From Eledone cirrhosa (Eukaryota): a stretch of DNA of 64,000 nt. Below, one piece after another: positions 39,006 through 60,900 of the stretch. Positions within the stretch are counted from its first letter, which is position 1. Each line of letters opens with the position of its first letter. The stretch spans positions 3,782,001 through 3,846,000 of the forward strand of contig OZ024748.1 in assembly GCA_964016885.1 (NCBI GenBank). The letters are read 5' to 3'. Both the position numbers and the translations under genes were made by a program. Below the pieces are notes generated by a model that worked only from the letters and a program-made list of their open reading frames with translations, made no database searches and was not told the DNA's origin.

Positions 39006-40795
39006 TATATATATATACACACACACACTGCTCGAAACTACTTCTTTTTCTATCATACAAAGCTCTTTATTTTAAATTATGTTTATCTAAAAACTTTTGT
39101 TAAGTAATTTTATGTAAGAACCTTTGTTATGCTCCAAACACCAGCTTGATAATAAGAAAGTCAGTTATGTAAATCATAGGCAGTGCTTTTGATTATAAAT
39201 GTCCAAACAAAAAGGTTAGACAAATGAGGGACATATTCAGCCAATACTTATGTTCCTATAATTTACTGTAAATGAAAGTAATTTTATATCATGAAAACGC
39301 CAATCTATAAGTTCTAAATAATTCAACAACTGTACGTGGTAGTGTTTCAAAATAAGCACCCCCAAGCCATCAGTTTTATAAATTTTTAATTTCCCCTTCT
39401 CCCACCCTAAAAATATTTCTTTCGATATCTGTTTTAAACATTAGAGATAATGATTCTCTCCATTTCAGGATGCAAAAACTGACTGTAAGTTTTCCATTTT
39501 TGACTTTTTGAAATATTTTTCAAAATTATGTGTTTCGAACATGAAGGGTTCTGATTCTGCAAACAAGAATTTCCATAAATTTAGTTTTCCTACTTGATCC
39601 CTCTTGTGTGAAAAACTTCGCCAAATTACTCCCTTTAATAAATATGGCCTACTATATAGATATCTATATTGCTATCCCATAGCATTACCCATGTTGTTTT
39701 CTGCTAAACCTCCCACCAGCTACCACTATCCCTCTACTATCTTATCTCTTTATTTTCCTTCACTTCACACCAAATATTATACTTCCCCTCTTTGAACTCA
39801 TTTCTATTACCCTCCCAGTCATTGTTTGTCTAGAAAGAATGCAAACTACAGAAAGTGGAATGGACTTTTAAGCCTTGCAGTTGTCATGGAAACCCTTTTA
39901 GAGTTGGTACCATGATAAAATGCACTCAATACATTCTGTAAAGTGGTTGGTGTATGGAAAGGTATCCAGCTGTAAAAACATGCCAAAAAATGGAACTGAG
40001 GAATAAAATGTGGTCCTCCAGCCTTTTTACACACACACATACACACACAATACATGCACTCACACAATACACACACACACACACACAATACATACATACA
40101 CACACACGTTTAAGTTTATCATAAAAAGCTTAATCAATTATATTATATATTACAGAGGATGATGGGAATAGAGTTAGTGATGAATGTGGTGAAGAGAAAT
40201 GGAGTGAGATGGTTGGGTCATGTGTTGAGGAAAAATGTTAGTGATTAGTTGAGTGGAGGAATAGAAATGGATGTAGAGGAAGGGGTAGACGAAAGATATG
40301 GTTAAAAATGGTGGAAGAGAATATAAAGGCTATGGGGGTTGGTAGGGGAGATGTAGATAATAGAGCAAAATAGAGAAGCTTGTCGTGTATCTATATAAAC
40401 AGTTATGATATCATCATCATCATTTTACGTCCGCTTTTCCCTGCTTGCAAGGGTGGGACGGGAACTGATTCTGGCTTGATTTCTACAGCTGGATGCCCTT
40501 CCTAACACCAACCTCATTTACAGTGAGTGCTAGGTGCTTTTTTTCTGTGGCGCCTACACGTCCACTTTACAGTGTAGGCTGGGTGCTTTTTTGCCGTGGC
40601 ACCTCCACGACCACTTTGCAGTGGAATGATAGGGACCCTGTCCCTATCATCTCATTTCTACAGCTGAGTAAACTGGAGCAATGTGAAATAAAGTGTCTTG
40701 CTCAAGGAAACAACACATCACCCGGTCTGAGAATTGAACTCACAACCTTTTGATTGCAAGGCCAATGCTTTAACCACTAAGCCATGTGCCTCCAT

Positions 40796-40854
<59 letters not shown>

Positions 40855-40964
40855 AAAAAAAGGTAAACAGAAGTAACAACACAACCGGTACAGTATATGG
40901 AAGGTATATTAGGTTAACGCTTGATATAGCAGGAAGATGGTCTTAATCATTGAAATTTTCTTTG

Positions 40965-41006
<42 letters not shown>

Positions 41007-41344
41007 TATATGTGGATGTTTGTATAAAATATAATTATATATATGTGGATGTTTATGCATATATCTATATATGTGTGTGGATATATATATATATATTCTT
41101 TCGTGTCTTTCTGTAGCAACTCCAGAGTGCTGAGAATCAAGAAGGTGTCCAGGTTGTTTCAATGGCTGCTTCTGACAGAGTTCACGTTGCCACGGTGACA
41201 ACAGAAAATGGAGAGATAGTTCACATTCACCAGGCTCATCCAATGGGTGCAGCAGGAGCAGCGACAGCAACAACAGCAGCAACAGCAGCAGCACCAACAA
41301 TAACAACAGCAACAGCTACTGATGGCAGCCAAACCAATGTATAG
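30907..41344 (+). CDS. BANP: BANP/SMAR1 BEN-domain transcription factor, 13 coding exons, ~557 aa
   Basis: Exons: 30907-30996, 31465-31687, 32509(or 32521)-32606, 32999-33171, 33624-33667, 34367-34390, 35115-35171, 35848-35940, 36186-36261, 36490-36653, 36747-36997, 37682-37834, 41117-41344 (TAG). All GT-AG with consistent phases. BANP motifs: INKAICLRLDSIQNKL; LITLNSEEDYPNGCWLGDE; NCRTAEKMALTLLDYLF..SNLSGMGKHGKKQLDP; DWQRIKQNIDSKCRTAFRRK; Q-rich tail. Confidence 0.93.
34648..34919. repeat. ~56-bp minisatellite, 5 copies, in a BANP intron
   Basis: Unit CCTATGAAATGTAACATAGGAAGAGGCTAGCTAAGCTTGTATTTGGTGTGGACACCT starting at 34648, 34702, 34758, 34815 and 34871. Confidence 0.9.
38319..38687 (+). 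mobile_element. Probable short non-autonomous Helitron
   Basis: Starts TCTATATATAAA after an A and ends CTAG before a T; internal direct repeats (CATACTACTCCTCTCTCTTTAC x3); terminal hairpin not evident. Confidence 0.55.
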
Positions 41345-41475
41345 CAGGTGTTTAAGTCGCAACATAACGTTTCCTGCTCCAGTGGGGGCTTGTGACTGAC
41401 GGGTTTTGGTGAAATATCAATATATATATACACATACACACACACACATATATATACACACACACACGTGCATAC

Positions 41476-41508
<33 letters not shown>

Positions 41509-41578
41509 GGCATACATATGTATATATATAAATATATACATGCATACATATATATATATATATGTATGTTTATATATA

Positions 41579-41636
<58 letters not shown>

Positions 41637-41639
41637 AAT

Positions 41640-42315
41640 AATAATGAAAATATTGTGTACCGTGCTCAGGTGCACTACAACTCAACAAAAGTGTATGTAT
41701 AGTACATAGGGTAATGTACAAACGTCAGGAAAATGAACTGCATGAGTCATGATATACACATGTGTACATGTCTATGGAAGGGGGACATCAGGTGTAGTTT
41801 TGGCGAATTTCGAGAAGCATGAGGGTTTTAAAGGATGCAGTGTCTCGGCAGCTAACAACTGACGCAGGTAGTTTGTTCCATCCTTCAGCCACTTTAAGCG
41901 TGAAAAAATGTTTCTGAAAGTCATGGGAGCTGTGCTGTTTTCTGACTTTGTAGGCATGTCCACGTGTGTTAGACACATGGAGATCAGAAAAGTGCTCAGG
42001 GTTGTTGTTGGCGAGATGGTTAATAACTTTGTGGGTGTTTACCAAGTCCATTGCCAGACGTCGGAGCTTCAATAAATCCATGCCCAGGGAAGCAAGGCGT
42101 TCAGAGTATGGTAGGTGTCTGTTGGAGGGTATGCGCTCGGTTGTACGTCTCTGAACAGTTTCCAGGAGGTCAATGTTCCAAGCAAGATAGGGGTTCCAGA
42201 CTGATGATGCGAATTCCAAGTGTGGTTGTACCATAGCTGTATACAGCTTTAAATAGATGGCTGGAGAGCGGCTAACAAAGGTCTTGCTGAGTGATGCCCT
42301 CTTCCTTCTGGACAA
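41640..42315 (-). mobile_element. CR1/L2-like LINE 3' fragment, same family as 11411-12050
   Basis: LYTAMVQPHLEFASSVWNPY..LETVQRRTT, YSERL..L, TRGHAYK, FFTLKVAEGWNKLP. Shorter tail-only copies at ~31770, 32010, 37160, 50170, 56290, 58230 and 59930. Confidence 0.9.
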
Positions 42316-42850
42316 TATATATGTGTATGTATGTATGTATGTATGTATATATGTATGTATATATATGTATATTTATATATATATATGTATATATACATAC
42401 AGTTCCTGTATGAGCAAGGCATGGTTAGCCGACCAGACACTGCCCACAACAGGACAACCCGTCTAACCCATACTAGCGTGGAAGAACGGACGTAAAACGG
42501 TGGTGATGATGATGATATGTATATATGTATCATCATCATCATCATTATCGTTTAACGTCCATATATATGTATATATATATATGTATATGTATATGTTTAT
42601 ATATGTATATATATATGTATATGTATATGTTTATATATGTATATATATATGTATATGTATATGTTTGTATATGTATATGTATATGTTTGTATATGTATAT
42701 GTATATATATATATATGTATATATATTTATAAATGTATATGTATATATATATTTATAAATGTATATGTATATATATATTTATAAATGTATATGTATATAT
42801 ATATTTATAAATGTATATATATATATATAAATGTATACGTATATATATGT

Positions 42851-43487
42851 ATCATCTTCATCATTTAATGTCCATCTTCCACGCGAGCATGGGTTAGACG
42901 GGAGTTGTCCCACCTGAGGCAAGGTTGGTCGGGTGACCGTGTCTCGCCCATATAGGACTATCTGGCAGGTTTTCTACGGCTGGATGCCCTTCCTAACACC
43001 AACCACATTTACTGTGTTACCTACATGGCCATATTACAGCGTGGACTGTGAGTTTTTTTTCTCACGACACCTACACGATCTCGATCTCATTATCTCATTT
43101 ATTTGGACTGGATGTTGTGGTACCAACTTTACAGAGAGAGGGTGGTGTTGGTGGGAGTGGGAGGATAGGGTAGGGGTAGTGGATTGGGGTGTATATTTGG
43201 TTAAGAGGTACCTACTGACTGTAGGTTTCGCTTTGTACATAGGCAAGGCGGGTCTTCTGTATTACTGCGTAGCGCCAAAGATCTCGGTCCAGTGACATTG
43301 TCTTAGAGAGGTGCAAGTGTGTAAGGTTGGAATTTATCAGATCGTCCCAGGTTTTTCTGGGTCCACCTACTCCGTAACTACCATCAATTTTGATTGCCCT
43401 GCACTTTTTTATACAGCTGTCGTCTTTCATGCGCATCACGTGGCCATACCAACGTAGTCTTCTCTCGAGTAAACAGCATCTGATCCA
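42851..43487 (-). mobile_element. RTE-clade LINE 3' fragment with 3'UTR and (TGA)n tail
   Basis: [17 protein letters not shown]...[15 protein letters not shown] is a typical RTE C-terminus. Related decayed pieces at ~16240-16560, 29020-29370 and 40170-40380. Confidence 0.8.
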
Positions 43488-43711
43488 TATATATATATAT
43501 ATGTATATATATATGTATGTATATATATATATATATATGTATGTATATGTATATATGTATGTATATATATATGTATATATATATATATATGTATGTATAT
43601 GTATATATATATGTATGTGTATATATATATATATGTATGTGTATATATATATATATGTATGTATGTAATATATATATGTATGTGTATGTAATATATATAT
43701 GTATGTAATAT

Positions 43712-43745
<34 letters not shown>

Positions 43746-44226
43746 GTGTATATATGTATGTAATATATATATATATATATATGTATGTAATATATATATA
43801 TGTATGTAATATATATATATGTATGTAATATATATATATGTATGTAATATATATGTATGTATATATATATATGTGTATGTATGTATATATATATGTGTAT
43901 GCATGTATATATATGTGTGTATGTATGTATATATATATGTGTGTATGTATATATATGTGTGTATGTATGTATATATATGTGTGTATGTATGTATATATAT
44001 GTGTGTATGTATGTATATATATGTATATATATATGTGTATGTATGTATATATATGTGTGTATGTATGTATATGTGTGTATGTATATATGTGTATGTATGT
44101 ATATATATATGTGTATGTATGTATATATATATGTGTATGTATGTATATATATATGTGTCTATGCATGTGTATGTATATATATATGTGTATGTATATATAT
44201 GTATTTGTGTGTGTATATATACATAT
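43488..44226. repeat. Compound (TA)/(TGTA)/(TG) microsatellite, ~740 bp
   Basis: Seen directly; similar tracts at 41420-41632, 42320-42850 and 21780-22000. Confidence 0.9.
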
Positions 44227-46027
44227 AATAATAATAATAATGAGAGTGAAGTATCAATATGACATCATTGTTTATTCAAACGCCATGCTTTCCAGCATAG
44301 TTACCTCCCTTTACGATCTGAGTTCAAATCCCGCCGAGGTTAACTTTGCCTTTCATCCTTACGGGGTCGATAAAATAAAGTACCAGTAATGCACTGGGTA
44401 ATTGCTGGCCTTGTGCCTAAAGTAGAAACAATTATGTTTATTCAAACTTAATATGCATTTCTTGATTGATCAGCTCAAGGTATTGGTATTGATCATTCCC
44501 AACTCTGGAATCGATAGCTCAATAGACTTGTGGATTCTTGAATCCATAAATCTGGTGAGCCGGGGACTTTCAGTAGCGATCTTACTTTCAGCTGATCAAT
44601 CATGAATCGTGTTATGTTTGAATAAACATATTGATGTCATATTGATACTTCATTCTTGCTCTTTATTATTACTAACAACACTAGGGCAGTCGATTGGCAG
44701 AATCGGTAGAGTGTCGGACACCATCCTTCACAGCATAGTTACGTCCCTTTACATTCTGAGTTCAAAGCCTGCCAAAGTTAGCTTTGACTTTCCTCCTTAT
44801 GGGGGTCGATAAAATAAAGTACTGGTAATGCACTGGAGTTGGTTTAATCGACCTTATTCTCCCTGCTGGCCTTGTGCCTATATAAGAAACCATTATTACT
44901 GTTAACACTCTGGCGGTGGATTGCCAGTATCAGTAGTGTCTGACGCCATGCTTTGACGCACAGAGTTACGGCCCTTGCCATTCTGAGTTCAATTCCCGCC
45001 AAGGTTAACTTTGCCTTTCATCCTTATGGGGTTGATAAAATAAAATACCAGTAATGTACTGGGGTAATTCTGGCCTTGTGCCAAAAGTAGAAACAATTAT
45101 ATATTAACACTCTGCTCTTAAGGATACCGACTAAGTTGAAATATCTAATGTTGAATTTTACATTGGTCGCCGGATCCAAATATTAGCATTGAGTGTTGAA
45201 ACTGGTGAACCAGCTGTAACTAGATGCTACACACCAATACACTATATGTATATATACATATACATATATATATATAAGTTTATCCCGGGTTCAATCGGGG
45301 CTAACCACAGTAAGGTACTCAATACGAAGCAGAGTATAAATATTTAATATAGAAAGGCTTCTACAGGACTAGAACTAATGATTTCTACTGAATGAAACAG
45401 TTCTAGTCCTTTAGAAGCCTTTCTATATTATATAAACCCATGCTAGCGTGGAAGATAGACATTAAACGTTGATGATGATGATATATATATATATATATAT
45501 AGGTGGTTATATTGTGAGACAAGCCAGGTCAGGTAACCATGTCTTCTTCATATGGAACTGTTTGTGGCTGGGTTTCTGGATGCCCTCCCTATGATATATA
45601 TATATATGTGTGTGTGTGTGTATATGTGTATGTATGTATGTATGTAGGTATATATTATGTACGTGTGTATATATATGTGTGTGTGTAATGAAAAGAAGAA
45701 AAAGTATTCAAAAGTAATTTTTTTTTTTTTTTCACATTCTCACTGATCCAATTTTGATAATAATTCCACCACTGAAGAATTCTAGTAATAATTTTTACCA
45801 CTGGATAATAATTTTTGTGACAATTTCACTCCACAGAATAAAATAGAATAATAAAAATAGAAATTTAAATTAAAAAAAAAAACATCAACAAACTTCTTCA
45901 AAATATGCACGTCCTAATGAACTGTTTTTTTTTTTTTTTTTTCTTTTGATGAAAGGACTGTTTATGAAATTGAAATTTGGTAATTTGTAAAAAATGTTTT
46001 AATAGTTGGGGTGGTGGCCTTTCTTAA

Positions 46028-46215
46028 CCCTTTAGTATTTATATTACTCTATATATACTATTACATTTTCATGGTAAAGTCTTTACCTCACATAATATCA
46101 AATCTATGAGATTTAGATATTATTTATTTTGAGAATAATACATTAACATCAGTATGAGTGACCAGTTTGAACAGAAATAGGTGAGAGAATCCTCGCCGGT
46201 TTAAATACTAAAGGG
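46028..46215. mobile_element. TTAA-flanked MITE, same family as 28468-28667
   Basis: TIRs CCCTTTAGTATTTA/TAAATACTAAAGGG with TTAA on both sides. Confidence 0.85.
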
Positions 46216-48802
46216 TTAAACCAGGTGTTTTGAAATATTATCCAAGAAAGTTGATTTCTCCATTATACTTTTAAGTTTTGTTGTTTTATTCATGGAGCAG
46301 TGCTTGTTTTGTTCATGACTGACTGTGAGTCTACACCTGGAAAGTTCCACTCCAAGACAGAAGCCTGGACTAGGTGTTTTGTGGAAGACAAGCTGTTGCT
46401 CGAACATGCCAGTCTCCCTTCTCCACATCACCGATGTTACCTTCTTACCAAGGGGAAAAAGCAAAGGCCAATACAGCTTGGCACCAGCAGTGTCTCACAA
46501 CTGATTCTTTCCAGTTGAATGAACTGGAGTAATGTGAAATAAAGTATTATGCTTAAGAACACATGCTGTTCGGCTTGGGTATTGAACTTATAACCTTATG
46601 ATAGTTATCTGATCATTTTAACCACTAAAGCCACATACATACATTAAATTGTAGCAAAGTAAAGTAAGATAAAAAAGCAATAATAAAACTATTAGATGTT
46701 ATGAGATATATGAACTGTAAATTCTCAACTTTCCCCCAGTTGCAATCAGCTGTATTTTAGTGCTTTAGTCACCAACATTCTTGAATCCTCTTCACTGCTA
46801 CTCCTTAATTTAACCCTTTTAATACCAAACTACTTGAATACATCCCTTCTGTGATACAAAATTGTTTTAAAGTATTTATCAGCATCATTTTTATGTCAAC
46901 GTTTCAATGCTGACATGAATTTGACAAAACCTTTTGGGCCAGTATTTTAGTCAGACGTCCTTCCTGGCACTAACCCTTTTAGTCGCTTCTTACAGCATGC
47001 ATAGGATATTGTGTACCTATTCTAAACCAGATAAACACAGTTTACATAAGAACCTTTAAGTTATGTTTCAAGCACTAGCTTAATAATTAAGGAGTGTGTT
47101 ATATTCTTGATTATTTTCAAAACTATTTGAAAATCATTAGCAGTGTCCTTCATTAGAAATATAGAACCCATCACCTTAAGATTTTGAGCTCAACATTCTA
47201 ACCACTAAGCTATCTACCTTCTCTTTTTATTGATCAAAATAAGGAAATTCAGTGATGTTTTGTGGCCTAGTGGGTAGAATTTGGGTCTCATGGTCATAAG
47301 GTCTTAGGTTCAATTCCTAAACCAGGCAATATGTTATGTTCTGAGCAAGATACTTCATTTCCCACTGCTTCTTGTGATAGGAGTAGGGGTACCTATAATT
47401 AAAACATCTGAGAAGCCTTTGAGGTCTAACCCATGCTAGCATGGAAGAAGGACGTTAAATGATGAAGAAGATACAACTTTGTAGGAGGTTAGCTAAACCT
47501 ACATAAAATGTGAACTGTAACAACAAAGAAACTACCCCAACAACCCGATCCCCACTGCTAATTTCACTAACGGATCTCTCAATTAAATAGTAATTGAGAA
47601 GAAAATTTATGGGTAGTCTGTATTGTTTTACATAAAGTCTTTTTTTTTTTTGTAAACCAAGTTTGAAGTAAATTCTTAGAAACGTGTGTATATATATATA
47701 TATATATAAATATAAATAACAGGCAGTGAATTGGCAGTCACTGAGATGTCTGATAGAATGCTTTGCAGTATGTCCCACCTCATTGCGCACTCTGAGTTCA
47801 AATCCTGCCGAGGTCAACTTTGCCTTTCATCCTTTCGAGGTCGATGAAAAAAAAGTACCAGTCCAATACTGGGGGTCGATTCTTCCTCTATAGAAAAAAA
47901 TCTGCTGTGTTCAGACCTGGAGAGGGTTGGGCTCCACCAGGTTTAAAAGTGCCCTAGACACACCATATGACAGTGCCTCTACGACTCCACAAGGAGTTAT
48001 GGGATCTTTATCCTTTATCATCATTTCATTTTATGTTCACTTTTCCCTGCGTGCAAGGATGGGACGGGAACTGATTCTGGCCTGATTTCTACAGCTGGAT
48101 GCCCTTCCTAACACCAACCTCATTTACAGTGAGTGTTGGGTGCTTTTTTGCCGTGGCACCTCCACGACCACTTTGCAGTGGAATGATATGGACCCCAGTC
48201 CTTATCTCATTTCTATAGCTGAGTAAACTGGAGCAATGTGAAATAAAGTGTCTTGCTCAAGGAAACAACACATCACCTGGTCTGAGAATTGAACTCACAA
48301 CCTTTCGATTGCAAGGCCAATGCTCTAACCATTAAGCCATGTGCCTCCTTTATATATATAATTATCAGTTTAAAATAACAGGAGGCTGGACTGGTGATGT
48401 TCCTTTAAAGTTTTCTTGTTGCAAAAACACTATATATTTCGATGGCACCTTGAGCAAATGTCTTCTACTATAGCCTCATGTTAACAAATGATTTGTGAGT
48501 AGAATTTAGTCAACAGAAACTGTATGTGTTAATATCCTATAACTTAGCAGTTTGACAAAAAATATGTACGATCGACTAAAATCCCCTGGCAGGATTTTTG
48601 TGAAGGTTTTTACCTGTATGCTTTGGAATAAAAGCATACAGAAACATGGTGCCATGCTATGAGGTTGAACCTGAAACCACACAGCCATGCCTGTGCCTCA
48701 TTGGTAAGACTTAGGATATCATTATTTACGAAATACAATAAAAAAAAAAACAAGTAATTATTTTCTTGCAATAACTTTTAAAAAACAAATTTTGTAAATT
48801 AT

Positions 48803-48808
48803 TTTATT
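48803..48808 (-). terminator. Candidate polyadenylation signal (AATAAA) of HIBCH
   Basis: AATAAA on the - strand ~150 nt downstream of the stop codon; AT-rich context makes chance occurrence possible. Confidence 0.4.
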
Positions 48809-48954
48809 TAAATCAAATCTTCATTGAAAGAATCTGGTTTTTAAGTATTTGTTCTTTTACTAATCAAAAATTAAAGTCACTTTATAACTAGCTTTTCACA
48901 TTATCCCAGTAAGACATCTCCTTGCCTGTAACTTTGAGACATGTTGAGTAAATC

Positions 48955-57291
<8,337 letters not shown>

Positions 57292-57293
<2 letters not shown>

Positions 57294-57882
57294 GGCCAGC
57301 GACCCAAGCAAGTTCTTTAATGAATTACCGGTGCCGGATAAATTTGAAGAGAAACAGATCCGAATACAGAACTTTGTTAAATGTCATGACACCTCAAAAA
57401 GCAAAGTAGTACTTGTCACCGTAAGTTATAACAACATCGACTAAACTTATTATCTTATACACATTTTAAATTACATTGTTATCCTTTCGTATATATAACA
57501 GCAACATAATTTAAAATAACGGAAATAATTTAATGTCGATATATATATATCGACATAATGCGGGTACTTATGTATATATATATAATGTATATAAGTACTT
57601 GCATTATATAATAACACGTATAAAACCTCGATTATTTAATTTAATGGAAGTAAGGTTGAAGCAAGTTTTCAAGCGTTTGATTTTAGTGTCCATGTTTGAA
57701 GGTGACAGTTTTAAAATTTTAGGAGTCATTCTGAAATTTTAAAGTGTGTTTTTTATAGATAGAAAATATAAGATTCTTTCTTTGCTGTTATTACAGTTCC
57801 ACCGATTACGCTAAACTATAAGAATAGATCTCGAAATAAGAAAATATCTCGTCGCATTCACTGGATTTATTTTGCATGTTTT

Positions 57883-57927
<45 letters not shown>

Positions 57928-60900
57928 TAATGGTAGCTAAGATGCTTCCATAGGAGGTATGCTCCTACGGCGCAGAGTATTATAATAGAGTAATATAATA
58001 TATTAGAAACCACCACCCCCGGACGGCCGTTCAATGTAGGAAGTGCTGCATTTGTGGATCTACCAACCGTAAACAAGATCTTCCAGTATATGGAGGCTGC
58101 GAAATAACAGCTGTCCTTGTTTTTAACCTTTTTTCTTATTTTCGCTTCTTTTGTCTCCCCTTTTTTTCATTCTAATTTTTTTCCTATTCTATTTTTCTGT
58201 TTCTTAATTATAAAGAGTATTAGCTGACATTTGTACATTATTCTATGTACTATACATGCACCTTTGATGAGTTGTAGTTCAATTGAGTACTGTACGCAAT
58301 AGTGGATTGGCGGTAGAGGGTCGGACGCCATGCTTTGACGCATAGAGTTACGGCCCTTGCTATTCTGAGTTCAAATCCCGCCGAGATTAACTTTGCCTTT
58401 CATTCCTTACGGGGTCGATAAAATAAAGTACCAGTAATACACTAGGTAATTGCTGGCCTTGTGCCAAAAGTAGAAACAATTATTATCATTATTCCCCCTC
58501 TCCCCGTCTGTCATAGCTAAGCTTTACTAAATGATCAACCGATGTTTACATTCACAACACTCACTTGTGTATTTAATTAAACACTAAACATGTCAACTAT
58601 CATCATTGTTAAACAACTGGATACACAATACAATATTCTTAGTCTTTGCAATTAGAACTAAGAGACTGGTTCCATTACCAACTCTTGGACTTCCAACACA
58701 CAGCTGACCATGTGAAAACCATGGTCTCATCAGGTGAAGTCCAACAATCTTTAGTGGTTGTGTTTGGGATTTGGTAATGGAGACATGGAAGAGCTGGTCT
58801 TTCTAGGAAACTGAAGTCTGTTGAACTTAAATAGTATCTATGGAAGGATCAATGGAATTCTTGGATGTTAAAGCTGTTTGCAGTAGCATTGAATGTATTT
58901 CATTTTGAGAATTCAGCTTTGATATGCCATGTATACCAAGATTACACACACACGTGTGTGTGTGTGAGTCTAATGATTACAATATTTCTGTATTTATCAT
59001 AATTATTAAAAGAAATCATTATCTATAAAAGGGTGGGAGATTGGCAGTATCGGTAGAAGGTCGGACGCCATGCTTTGCAGAATAGAGTTACGGCCCTTTA
59101 TGATCTGAGTTCAAATCTCGCCGAGGTTAAAATAAAAGGTCGATAAAATAAAGTACCAGTAATGTACTGGGTAATTGCTGGCCTTGTGCCAAAAGTAGAA
59201 ACAATTATTTATAAATGTATGTTTTATATAAATTGTATTTCCTAAATACCTCATTATTTTTTCTTTACCTTTCTTTCTAGTCTGGAGGTACTATTGTTCC
59301 GTTGGAAAGCCGTACTGTACGCTTTATTGACAACTTTAGTCAGGGAACACGGGGATCAGTCTCAGCCGAGTATCCTTTTTTACACCCAGTACACTCTGTA
59401 AAGTTGTTTTGATTTTTGTTTTCTTTTCCTATATTCTGAATAAATAACATAACACTTTTACTAGTACTGGTACAGCACTAAAATACACCCAGTACACTCT
59501 GTAATATTGTTGGTGTTAGTAAGGGCTTCCAGCTGTAGAAGCTATACCAAAAAGAGTTGAGAGGGTTCTTTAGTTGTGTTGAAGACATGACAACCTCCAT
59601 AGTGCTTGTAGCATGATAAAATACACCCAGTACACTCTGTAAAGTTGTTGGTGCCAGGAAGGGCATCTAGCTGTAGAAATCATGTCCCAAATGGTATGTT
59701 CAAATAAGATACAGTCTTCCAACTAATGTAGAAGGGGACATAACAAAATACCACAAAGTATTTCATCTGATGCTCTAACAATTCTACCAACCCACCACAT
59801 CTTAATAAGGAAAAGATTAATTGTTTTACTAAATCCTTCCAAATTCTTGAATATTTTCAAAATTAATTAAAACACATGGCCTGCATATTATATTAGAAAT
59901 ATGGTTGCAAATGGTAAACATTACCAAACATGCACCTTTGGTGAGTTGTAGTGCACCCGAGCACTGTACACAATAATTTTCATTAATATTATTAAAATCA
60001 GCTTAAATTGAATATAGGAGAGAAGTTATCCAACTTCCCTTATTATATTTGATCATAACAACAACAACAACAAACATTTAAAAGCCATTTCCCCACTAAA
60101 CCAGGGGTTAGCCTTGCAGGTCCTATAACACGGGGACCTTTTTGAATCAATGTTTTATAGATGAATGCTCTTCCTGGCACCAACCTTATTAATCACCTCA
60201 AGTGATACAGGGATACAATGTACTTATTCTAAATCTAATCACGAAATAAGGAATTTTGATGTTTTATGTCATTTTACATTTATTTGTTTTAACTGAAGCG
60301 AAATGTTGTTATCTTCATTTAATTAGTCAATAGATATTTCCTCAGTAATGGTTATGCTGTGATATTCTTGCACAGAAATGGTTCTCTTGAACCATATTCT
60401 CGGCACTTTTCACGCAAAAACATACTTGATTTTCTTGAATTCCATGAAGATGGTCAGAAACAATCACTTGCAGGTAAACTTAATTAAAAATACTTCGTTA
60501 TCCCTCTAATAATTGATTGCAGGTTCTGTTTGTCTTTGAAAGGAATGTTGAAAGTGCTTCTCTAAATTTTACTAAATTCACTGAAGTGGCTGGTAATTGA
60601 ATGGGGACAACACAGTAAAAATGACTCTTTAGTCTTGTTGAGGACATGATATCTTCTCTTGAGCTGGTGCCATGATAAAATGTACCCAAGATACACTATA
60701 TAAAGTGTTGGTGACGAAAAAATTCACCCAGTACATTCTATAAAGGCTGATCTGGAGATAAACATATTTTTATCTTTGTCGGAATATAAAGACTTTTTGC
60801 AATAGATATCAACCACCTCAACCATTTTTTTAAGAAGTTTAACTTGACCCTTTTAAGAAGATTGATTTAACCCTTTTAAGAAGATTAATTTAACCCTTTC

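Noticed and set aside
43384-44389. Many YI/YT/VC-rich ORFs (also at 20368-20736, 21642-22004, 41236-41721, 42500-42784)
   Set aside because: Dinucleotide microsatellite translations.
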